The position numbers were made by a program, and so were the translations under genes. Below, one piece after another: positions 40,501-51,900 of a stretch of DNA of 64,000 nt. The notes beneath the pieces were generated by a model that saw only the letters and a list, made by a program, of their open reading frames with translations, made no database searches and had not been told where the DNA came from. Position 1 is the first letter of the stretch, and the number at the start of each line of letters is the position of its first letter. The stretch is from assembly GCA_043228905.1 (NCBI GenBank), contig JBHGNT010000002.1:3968001-4032000 (forward strand), written 5' to 3'. The stretch comes from Azolla caroliniana (Eukaryota; Plantae; Polypodiophyta).

Positions 40501-42936
40501 CATTTCAAACAAGAGCCAAACATTACAAATGCTTCTTATTCTCCATTGCTTGAGATTGTTGTGCCTTGGCAATGGATGGTACATGATGAAGAGTACAATT
40601 ATCACAAGATTAAATAAGACCACCTAGAAAAGAATACTCGTGATTTGGATCAAATAAGCAACTCTTTGGTGTGTTTTCAATTTTCCCTGGGTTTTTTGGT
40701 AGACCTTTTCTTAGACAAGGAGGGGATATATGTGAAGACATTCAGTCACCCAAGAAAGAGTACTTGTCTATTTGAACTAAAGAAGCCTTTCACAGGGTAT
40801 GTGCTCTCTTCCAATCTTTCCAGTACTTTCTTTCTTCGTTGAGGTTGTAAACACATGGAATATTACAATCACCCATAAAAGGATACTCATTATTTGAACC
40901 AAAGAAGCTACTCTTTAGTGTGTTTCATTGTTTCTAAGCTACTCTTTAGTGTGTTTCATTGTTTCTAAGCTACTCTTTGAGAATGTGGAACCATAGAAAA
41001 GGATCAGAAACACATATAACATCTTCTCTCATTGTTTCTGAGCTACTCTTTGAGAATGTGGAACCATGGAAAAGGATCAGACACACATACCAATATCACA
41101 TTCAGTTCCAACTGCAAGAACTGTAGCCAAATATTTGGTATCAGAGCCTCGTTTTTTGACCTTCACTTGTGTGTGATGTTGGACTGAATGTGCGTTGGTA
41201 AGAACTCTCCGACCACTGATAATAAACCCACTACTGTTAGAGCTCACTTGACGTCTCATTTGCCAAGGGAGGGAGAAGTTGGGCTCAGTGTGGATACAAA
41301 AGACCTTCACAACTGAATCCATAAAAGGGAAACGTTTCACAACATCCTTCATCATCACATCTTCCTGACAAGACATTGGAGAATGTAAACTTCGTACAGA
41401 GATGGTTTTGTCTGAAGAATGCTTGGCTTTTTCTTTATGGATTTCATCGTTCTTGATTGTTTCAAGCAATTTTACCTCTGTTTTTCCTGATAAACCATTG
41501 CCATGTCTGAGAAGGACAGCTTGCTTTGGTGGTCGACCCCTCCGCTTCACCGAGCTCACCATTGCACCTTCACTACCATTATTTGTTTTCTCCATATTAT
41601 CCTCATCAACGACACCGTAGGTATTTTTTGCTTTCTTTCCTTTTCCAACACTAGCAATAAAGTGCTTCTGAGGTCTACCCCTCTTCTTCGATGAAGCCAA
41701 CTCTAGCAGTCGATAAAGAAGATTTTTGGGAGGTCTTCCTCGTTTCCTCTTCACAGTCGTTAGTACATAAGCAGTGTTATTCAGGCGAGGCCTACCTCTC
41801 TTCTTCTTTGAGCTCTCTATAATCTTGGAATGGCCAGGAGAAGAAGAAGTAGAAATTGGATTCAGTCGAGGCCTCCCCCTTCCCCTCTTCGATGAACCAT
41901 CTGCAGAACAGGGAACCTAAAGTTTATTCTCTTTCACGAAATGTGAAAAAAAATACAGAAAAGATGAAAGAAAATTAGTTAAAACAAACTCTAAATCAAA
42001 ACATTCCCTGAGTTTAGGAAAATGGGCCAAATCGAACATAAAAACAAGGGAAGGAAAAACTCACAAAAAAACAAATTCTGAATGAAGATTAAACAGCAAA
42101 AGAAGATGCAAAAAAGACTGTTTTGCAGTCTCTGAACCGTGAAAATATAGACCAGAAAATATAGATAAAAATCTTTTACAGTCTCTGAAAGAAGTAGTAG
42201 CCAAAAAAACTTCCTCTTCTTCTGTTTCTTCTGTTTCTTCTGTGGATGAAAAAAATTGCAAAAAAATTAACAAAGACCTTCTTCTTCTCTTTCCTTCTGT
42301 GAAGGAAAAAAAAAAATGCTAAATAAAACAAAGCCTTCTTCTTCCTCATCCTCAGTCTTTTTTTCTTCTCCACCTCCTCCTCCTTTTATTTTTTTTCTTT
42401 CTTGTTCTCCCTCTTCTCCTCCTCTTCCTTTCTGATCTTCTGCTTCTTCTCTTCCTTCTCCTTCTCCAAATCTTGATGACCATGACAGAAACCCTAAGAT
42501 AAGCAAATAAAAGGGAAGTGAATTAAACAAAAAAAAATCTACCTTGTTTCAAACCAGCAATGTGAACAAAGGCAGAAACTGGGTTCTTGCGAGGCCTCCC
42601 GCGTCGCTTCTGCTCCATTCTTTCCTTCGTGTCCATCGCTACCATCTTTTTCTTCTTCTTCAGTGCGTCTTCTTCTCCTTCCTCGTCATCCACATCTTTT
42701 CGCTCTTTTTCTGGTTCGTCAAATTCCTCTCCTCCTTCTCTTTCTTCTTCAACACGAGCCTTTGGGGGCCTTCCACGTTTCCTTTTCACGGAAACGCTAG
42801 GAATTCCTTCCACAAGAGGATATTTTCTAGGTCTACCTCGTTTCTTCTTATTCTCTCCAGACAATTCCTGATACTCGCTAGGATCAGAGCTCGGCTCAAG
42901 CTCAAGAACCAAAACAGGCTCCTGTGAAGCTGCCAT
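34549..42936 (-). CDS. DEG9: DEG9-like HtrA/DegP serine protease (~787 aa, 10 exons) with an N-terminal multi-AT-hook extension
   Basis: Exons 42936-42543, 41900-41091, 40253-40054, 38123-37943, 37727-37536, 37418-37186, 37090-36989, 36766-36716, 36142-36038, 34644-34549, all GT-AG and in phase. Contains [20 protein letters not shown], the catalytic triad TNAHSV / ECDIA / GNSGG, PDZ regions, and the C-terminus [12 protein letters not shown]. Confidence 0.94.
38634..39200. repeat. Three diverged ~200-bp repeats in DEG9 intron 3
   Basis: a.tag.aatacaaac..gaaattt(t)accatgtt.....taggaaga occurs at ~38634, ~38832 and ~39055. Confidence 0.7.
40905..41081. repeat. Nested short tandem duplications next to the DEG9 exon-2 donor site
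   Basis: A 31-bp unit aagctactctttagtgtgtttcattgtttct x2, then ctactcttt(t)gagaatgtggaaccat.gaaaaggatcaga x2. Confidence 0.8.
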
Positions 42937-43049
42937 GACCGTTCTTTTTTTGCCAAGAGCTCTGTATTACACACTGTTTTATATTGTATTGTAAAGCAAA
43001 CCTTGTCTGTTACTGAATCAGAATTTTTTTTTGCTTCCTCGGAGGAAAC

Positions 43050-43565
43050 GGGTAAAACCCTAGCCCTAGATTTATTCTAGCTTAGGGCAGTAAGAAAATC
43101 ACTAGATTCTTCTGCAGAGAATAAACAAACCCTAAGTTTGCAGGCAGTACTTTTGCTCAACCTTCTGCGGAGAAGAGACAACCCTGGAATTTGCGAATCA
43201 CGTTTCTAGTCTTCATAGAAAGAAAGAAACCCTGGAATGCATAGAAAGAAACCCTAGAACTGTAAAGAAAAAAAAAAAAAAAAGAGAGAGAACCCTAAAA
43301 TTTCGCACAGAAATACTGTCCAACTTTGTCTGCAGAGGTAAGAGCAAAGAATTCCACGGAGAATGTCTGCATCGAAGCTATCCCTGCCTGCAGAAGCGAG
43401 GAAATTTGCAGAGCAAAATCCCAGTCTTCCTTCCCTGCACAAAAAATTTGGGTGCGTAAGGATGGAAACCCTAAACAGGGAATCCAACAGATGATAGCCA
43501 AACCCTAGACAAGAAGCAACAGAGAAATTTACACAGAGAAAAAAAAGAAAAAAGCAAACCCTAAT
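43050..43565. promoter_or_regulatory. Cluster of telo-box-like motifs (AAACCCTA) upstream of the DEG9 ATG
   Basis: AAACCCTA or AACCCTAA at ~43055, 43127, 43249, 43291, 43466, 43500 and 43556. Confidence 0.6.
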
Positions 43566-43829
43566 TTTGAGAGGGCTCTTTAAATTTCTTTTTTTCCTTC
43601 TTCTTTTTTTTACACTCGATGGGATAATTTATAATACATACAGTAAATGAATATTATTTTAATTTTCTACTGTAATTAATCAATTAATTATCCATAATTT
43701 TTACAAGAGCAAAAGAAAGGATTTAGAGGGAAGAATGGCTTGAGCTTCTTCATATTCAAACCTCTTCATTCTTTTTCTTCTTCACTCCTTCGATTCAGGT
43801 GGTGAGCTATATGTACATACATATATGGA

Positions 43830-44052
43830 AACATGGGCAAGATATCGGCAGCCAGAGCCAGGAACTAGGGAACCACCTGAGACCATGAAAACACGGGGGC
43901 GGACATCAGCAGCCCGCGCCAGCAACCCAAGGAACCAGAGACCATGAAAACATGGGTGGACATCGGCAGCCCGAGCCAGGAAGCAAGGAACCAAAAGACC
44001 ATGAAAACACGAGCGGACATTGGCAATCGGAATTAGGAACCAAAGACCATGA
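43830..44052. repeat. GC-rich ~59-bp degenerate minisatellite (~3.5 copies)
   Basis: agaccatgaaaaca.g.g..ggacat.ggcagcc.gagccag...aaggaacca recurs. Confidence 0.75.
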
Positions 44053-44099
44053 ACCATTGGTCATGCATGAGAGGCCCTCTGCTCTCTACTCCATCTCCA

Positions 44100-44311
44100 C
44101 CATATTATGACCAACACTCCTGCCCCAACACTAACCATATCTCGAAAATAAACACGCTTCCTTGCAAATTGCTACACCCATTGTATGGCGGCATAGTGCC
44201 ATATTATGACCAACACTCCTGTCCCAACACTAACCGTATCTCGAAAATAAACACGCTTCCTTACAAATTTCTACACCCATTGTATGGCGGCACGGTGCCA
44301 TATTATGACCA
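44100..44311. repeat. 99-bp tandem repeat (2 copies plus the start of a third)
   Basis: catattatgacca occurs at 44101, 44200 and 44299; the units are near-identical. Confidence 0.9.
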
Positions 44312-45491
44312 TTCCGTCACCCGAGAGCTGGTCGTGTGTATCCTGGAAACGAACCATGCATCCATTCAACCGCCTCAAAGCTGGCTGACGTATCTTGAAA
44401 ACGAACCAGACATCTTTTCGACCGCTTAAGAGTTAGTCGAGCATATCTCAAAAACGAATGCTCATGCACCAACAACGACTACGCCCATCATGTGACACAC
44501 AACCCCACCCCTCCTCCATAAGCCAAAGAGACGTGGCGTTGCCTAGCCTTCATTGTCCTTCCCAAGAAATGGCAATAGAACACACGTCAATCGTCATAAG
44601 GTGAAGAGAATTTGCACTTTGTCTCGTCTTCGCCACTGTTCTCGAGAATGAAGAAATGGTCGGCAACATCTAAAGCATAAGAGAAGCTTATGTTGTCTAT
44701 GTCAAGATAGCAAACTCGATTCTTGTGTAGTGTGAGTGAGTGAACATGCACATGGTGGGGTATACGTGTGCACTAAAAAAACCACCTCCTTTATCACGCC
44801 TTTGGTTTAAAAAAATGTAACCACCCTTGTCATCTTGTCATATGTAGAGAGAAAATAAATATCACATTCAAAATAAATGGCATTTCATACCTCGTCCATT
44901 CTTAGTGTTACATAAATGTAGCCCCCCCTCTCTCGCATGTTAAGTTGGGTTTCCTTGCTTTATAGTAACACCAACACTAGAGAACTCACACATGAATATG
45001 AGGGCATTCTACGTGGAATGAGAAGACGTCCTTGTTAAATTACAAGTTTAGAAAGGGAATTAGAGGCAGGGATTCACGTGCTCTAACTAAGTTGTTGCAC
45101 AAAAGAGAAGTACAGAGTGCAGTGTGTCTATGAAAGTTAGAAATCCCAAGGAAGAAATCCACAAAAGATGGGCAACGAACACCGTACTCTAGCCACAACT
45201 CATATGCAAAGCATAAGTTCACACGAGCAAATGCTAGCATGCCACGTTTGAGGACTAAGAATAGAACCTACGAGTGAAATATGATAACCACAAAAAGCTA
45301 CAATCCAGTCAACCAACCAAGTTCAGACATGGGGTACTACTACCTAGACGTACAGTTCTTGAGGGATAGATAGCTAACAACCCAAGGACTAGAAACTATG
45401 ATTGACATTATTGGTTGAAGGTCAACCTAGACAGAGGAGATGGAGGAGGGGTCACAAGCCATCACAAAGACACTCTTTAACCACATATATG

Positions 45492-45815
45492 TAACACATA
45501 ACACATAACACATAACACGTAACACATAACACATAACACATAACACATAACACATAACACATAACATGCAGCACATAATAACACATGACACATAACACAT
45601 AACACATGACACATGACACATGAGACATAACACATAACACATAACACATAACACATAACACATAACACATAACACATAACACATAACACATAACACATAA
45701 CACATAACACATAACACATAACACATAACACATAACACATAACACATAACACATAACACATAAACACATAACACATAACACATAAACACATAACACATAA
45801 CACGCAGCACATAAT
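45492..45815. repeat. Heptamer array (CACATAA)n, ~45 units
   Basis: Directly visible, with occasional CACATGA/CACGTAA variants; ends ~110 bp before the PAT ATG. Confidence 0.97.
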
Positions 45816-45925
45816 AATCTACAAACAAGAGGCCTATTTTTGTAGTTTATTCATTTAAAGGATTTCGTCCCTCCTGCTTCTTCTTCTTCTTCTTCGGTCG
45901 ATCGAAGGTTCGAATCCTGCTGGCT

Positions 45926-48900
45926 ATGGCCTCATCGGAGATCGAGGTCGTCTCAGAGCCGGCATCATCATCATCATCTCTCGTCTCCAAGCAGCAGGAG
46001 GGATTACCCCGAGAAGGGGCGGACGAAGCCCTTCGTGAAGACATTTACACAGCTGCAGCCTATGGAGATCTAGAGAAGCTCCATCGCCTCGTCGAGACGG
46101 AACGCTGCTCTGTTTCTCGCCCCGACAATGGAGGTTTCTTTGCCTTGCAATGGAGTTCTCTCAATAATCGCGTCGCTACTGCTCAGTACATCATCGAGGT
46201 ATGCTTCCCCTTCCCTTCTTCACCCTCTCATTCTCTGTTTTACATGTATATATGTACGTATACATTTGTATTAATTTATGGCACGGTGTGTGAGTGTGTG
46301 TATGCATATGATATGTGCATATCCCTTTCCTTCTTCATACTCTCATTTTCTGTTTTACACATATATATGTACGAATAAATGTGTATTAATGTATAATATG
46401 GTATGCGAGAGTGTGTATGTGTATGCACGTGTATATATAGCTGTCATTCAATTGAAGCTATATGCATTTACTTATAGATGTATGGCGCTCATTTCATGGA
46501 AATTGTATGCATGTATGTATTTATATAGCTCTTATTTTGTCAAAATTTGATGTATGCATGCAATTGTAAATACATAAATCTCGTTTCATGGAAATTGTGT
46601 GTCTGTATGTTTCCACCTCTCAATTTGGGGAAATTGTGTGTATATATAGCTCTCTTTTCATGAAAATTGCGTGGAAGTTGTACAAATGGATTTATATATC
46701 TAGCTATCATTGTATGGAAATTATATGTATGCTTGCATGTTGCTCTCATTTCATTGAAATTTCATGTCTGTATGAATATGTAAAGCCGTAATTTTGTGGA
46801 AAAAATTGTAATATCTCTCATCTATTTCAAAATTTTGTCTTATATGGATGTACATTTGTTTCATTTATTGCTAAATTGACATAGTTTTATTCATCAACTC
46901 ATATGGATGATAAATTATTTCATTTAACTTTATATGGTTGCAGATATCAACGTTATTTCTTGAAAAGGAACAGATTTTTCCTTATATTGTTTTGTATGGA
47001 TGACAATTCTATGCATCTTATCATAGCCATGCCATGTGTCATGGTTTGTTTCATATTGCCTAATTTTCCTTTGTGTGGAGATCACATCAGCATGGAGCAC
47101 ATGTGAATGCTTGTGATCGTACGGGTCAAACAGCTCTACATTGGGCAGCTGTCCGGGGATCGATCCAGGTTGCAGAACTTCTATTACAGAATGGAGCTCA
47201 ACTTGAATACGCAGATTCTCATGGATATCGGGTACAAACAATGTTCGGGGAATATAGTTTTCTTCACTTATTTCCCAAATTTTCTTTTCATGCATGAAAA
47301 TAATAAGAAATTGATGAGAAATTACACTCGCAATTTTTATATGTTTGTGCTATGACGCATTCCTTGTGCAGTTTCAAAGATCTGTCTTCAGAAAATGATG
47401 TCAATTGAGGTCCTTACAAGGATAGCTCTAGAGCCCTGCTAAATGTTTAAGAAGGAAGCGTGCATTATGGCATTATTCTCTGGTCAGGAAGACTCTAGAT
47501 ACGACTCTAGCAATGTTCTCTGTCTGGTATAGGGATAGTGGTTGCTTATTATGGGTTAATTTGATGCGATGATGTATGCTTTCAATCATATTGGGATTTT
47601 GGAATACATGAATGAAATATATAAAGATAGTAGCCATTGGTTTTGCAAGTGTAAACTCTGGAAGATCTGTTGTCATTGTATGCTTAAATAATCTGGATAT
47701 TGTCCAAGGTTGTTTAAGCAGTGTGATCATGCTGGCGGTGATTTAGGATTCTACCTCCATGCATTTCATCAGACATTGCATATGCTCTTGAGTATTCTGT
47801 GTAGATGAACATGGAAAATGCTTATAAGCTGCATTTTTGAACTAAATTTCCAGGCAACGCATGTTGCAGCTCAATATGGACAGACAGCTTTTTTGTATCA
47901 TGTAGCCTTAAAATGGGGTGCTGATATTGATGCTCTTGACAATGATGGCCGAAGCCCTCTTCATTGGTAGCGTCTTTGTTCACAATGATGGGCCTTCACA
48001 TTTTAATCAGCTTCTAATTGCTCCATTTTCCTTATAATGAAACTGACTATGTAAGGTGAATCATTATAGGGCGGCATACAATGGGTTTCCGGATTGTGTG
48101 AGATTGCTCCTTTTCATGGATTCAAACCGGAGTCGACAAGATAAAGAAGGTAAGCCATACAATTCTACTTGTAATCAGCAGTTTTTGTTGCAAGTGGGGG
48201 TACTATCCTATTCTGAGCGCTGTTAAAAGAGAGACAGTAATATCCTATTGTGAGGATTGCCAATGATGTTCTATAATATGTTAAAGAACAGGTTGCAGTC
48301 CTTTGCACTGGGCTGCCATTAGAGGGAAGCTAGAAGTATGCACTGTGCTGGTACAATCAGGCACAAAAGAAGATCTATTAGCTACAGACAATACTGGGTG
48401 TACGCCAGCTAAACTCGCCTCTGACAAAGGCCATCGACACGTAGCCCTTTTCCTTGTAAGTGATAACAAACTACAAATGCGTTAAAAGTGTTGTTATCAG
48501 TATGCATTGACTTTGTTTACTTTCTATATAGTCAAATGCAAAAGAGGTTTTCCGTAAGCGGGAAGGTGCCAAGAGTGGAATAAGGATAATAACGAAGTTT
48601 GGGCTTGTCCCAATATTGTGGGTCCTAATAATTGGATTGCTTGTAACCTATGTCAATTCTGTTATCATATGTAAGTTCATTCTTTAAAATGGCGCAACTT
48701 GAGATTCAAGAACAATGTGAGAATAATATTGTAATAAAATATATTTCTACTTCATTGTCTGTCACTGTTTGTGTTGTGCAGCACCAACATTCTTTAGAAT
48801 ACCAACTGTTGTTGGCCTTTGGGCGTGGCTAGCAGTTTTCATTGCGACAAGTGGTTTATTTCTGCTATACAGATGCAGCAGGTAAAGCCTAGCACGACAT

Positions 48901-51900
48901 TTTGAAAATAAACAATGCGATTTGCATTCTTTTTGATAGTAAGGAAATCATCTCCCTGCATTGAAGAAAGAAATTTACAGCACATCACTCACACATGGAT
49001 GTTTAGTTTGACTTGTGCTAGAATGTTTCAGAATATGGGGTTGAATATGAATGAGGTGTTCTTCCTATGTTAAGTGAGAACAACTTGTGAATGTATTCCG
49101 TTCCGTGGACATTGAAGGCATTAGATATTAGCAATATAATCAAGCGCTGATAAATGCCATGAAATGTAATTAAGGCAAGTTGTTCCAAACTTGATTGTGT
49201 AGCTTGAGCGTCATGAATGAATGCCTAAAAGTGACGTAGCATCTGTTTCAGCATCTTGCACATACACATCGTAACATTCTTTTGCATCATTTTGGTTCTC
49301 CTCTGAATGCCTTGTGGGTAGGGAAGCTTTTGTTGACATAGGGTGATCTTGTGGTTGGGGCCTTAGAACTGTGAACATCTTTGTCAGTGTCCTCATTGGT
49401 TGGAAGGTAAATAAGGGAGGATAATGTGAACTCAAGAGCTCTAAAGGTCTACCTAACAGATGGAGTATAGACAGGGTGATAGGAAATGGCCTAATGGATA
49501 AACGTTTCAGACACAAGAGTCACTCATTGATTAGTTGCACACAGGAAGGTATACTAGAGATGATGTAAGGGGACATTGTGGCTACTTCAATCGATCTATT
49601 AATAGTTTGGGTTTCAACTATTCAAATCAGGCTGTTAGGTACTTGGTGACAGGTGATTTCCAAGCTGCATGGGAATTAATCTTGTCATAGTCAAGCCAGT
49701 AAATCCACTCTAAGAGCATGAATGTAATAAAAAATCATGCCCTTCTGAAGTTTCTATTTGACTGCTCACAATTCCGGGTGGTTTCAAAAATCAGAAAAGA
49801 TACATGCCAACTATTGGTTCCATCTCAAATTTGTTATCATTAGTTTCTTTTGGATCACCTTTTCTTCTCTTTTTATCTATCCTAGCTTTCATCATGTTTG
49901 GGTATAAAATCTCGGTGGATTAGTTTTTTTATTAACTTTTGTTTCAGTGATATTTTGGTCTAACCTTATATTGTGGATATGAAGAAAAGGTAGTGTAGGC
50001 ATGAGTATCTGATTTCACATGGCACCTCTAAATAGCTCATGCATAAAAGAAATAACTTGAGACAGGTATACTTGAGTGTCACAAGTGTACACATACAATT
50101 GCTGCCACACATTATATGGCTGTCCAAATGCAAAGATTACTGATCAGATAAAAGTTTAAAGATATATATGCCCAATGATCAACATATAAAGATAGTCCAC
50201 TGATCAGATCAAATTTGTCAGATTCTCTAAAAAGTATCTACATTTGCTAGGACGACCCCTTGAAGAAAAGTACATAGCTAGTTCGTGCTATGTACTTGTT
50301 GAGACTTGGAAATGATCCCAGGTGTCTTGGTCAACATGAGCAAATTGGAGCTCATCCAAAGTCCAAAGGTTACTAGTTGCCTGACCATTAATATATTTAC
50401 CACTGATGATCTTTCTGTTTGTTTTTGTGTATGGGAGACAAATTTCAAGGGTATTTTGGATGCTGTTTGGATGTGTGGACACGGGTATCCAACGTTTGGC
50501 AATCCTTTTTTCATAGATTAAAATTTAGGCGTCATGTATAGTCTAGATTCATGCACCATGACTCCTAACATAGTTCTTTTGAGGCAATCTTTATTCTAGT
50601 TTTTTGGGTAGGTTTTTAGCTTCACGTTGAGGTTTCTCACTCTCAAACAAAATTTAGAATGGCTAATTACTTCAAGCGACTGTGCTTTCCAACTTTATAG
50701 CTTCAAGAATTAGCTGCCAGCATTTTTCTTGAAATATGCATGATATCATACGAGCGGAGGTCTGTTTATAAGGAATCAGGTGCTGTTTATGTTTGATGTG
50801 ATATTGCAAACTTCAATTGACTAATGGTTTATCTGTCGACAAGTTATTGATGATCAGAAACTGAAACACTATAGTTTTGAATATTTCTTCTTCATTTTGT
50901 TACTAAGATAATTAAATCTTCTGAAATGTAACTACCGAAACAATATTAGCTTCAAGATTTTTTTCTGATATGAAATTTGTGTCTTTGTAGCAAGGATCCT
51001 GGTTATATCAACGCATCTGATTTTCGATCTCAAGAAGAGAAAGAAGATGTAAGTTCTTAATACTTATTCGGTATCACTATATTTGAAATGCAAATCATGA
51101 GATAGGTGTGATGACGGTGATATATCATTAACATCTGTGTAACGGATAAAATCCTCATCCCCATTTCTATATGGCAGTCAGTGGGTATGGTACAGGATAA
51201 ACTTTAACTTTTGTGAGTTGTGCATTATGTTTGAGCAAGCGAAAAAGGTACATGCCTGACATTGTCAAGGATGGATGATTCAAAATGCTACTAGAGGGTA
51301 TGCTAGTGGTGCTTCCTTTCCACACATATGCTATGAATTATTACTCTGAATACGTGGAACCTGTAATCCGAGTTCCAGCATGGAACTGGAGCTGGATCAT
51401 TCTGGAAGTGCCCTGTTGATACTAACAGTGGAAAAAGATGTGAAATAGCCGTTTGGCGGAACAAATTTTGTGATACGTACACAAAAATATATACTTCATA
51501 TATATGTTAGCGAGAAAAAAATTTCTCTCTTGGAAATAAACTTTGGTATGACAAATTTTGTGACTTTTTGGTATAAACATATACTTAAATATATATGTGT
51601 GCATATACACACACATACACACATATGTATACAGTACCCCATCATACACTCACCCCATGTCCTCATTCCTATTTCAATGCAGTAGCCAAACTCAGTAGCC
51701 CTAGTGGGTTGCATGATGCATCCTCATAAGGGCATGTATGGGCCTGTAGCCCTTTTGGGATCACAAACTCCATCTTCATGAGGCCATGTCACATGATAAC
51801 ACTGTGTGATGGTAAAAATGGTAAATAGTCATGATTTATTGGTGAAAGTGATTTCTATATGGCATTCTCTGTCGCAGCCTGGGCAGCAAGTGTTGTACTC

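Noticed and set aside
44938-45466. Possible solo LTR (TG...CA ends) between DEG9 and PAT
   Set aside because: No matching 4-6 bp TSD at the candidate ends and no second copy in the window.
45427-45828. Cys/Val-rich ORFs in three frames
   Set aside because: They are translations of the heptamer microsatellite. The ORFs at 13311-13679 and 54947-55375 are likewise repeat translations.
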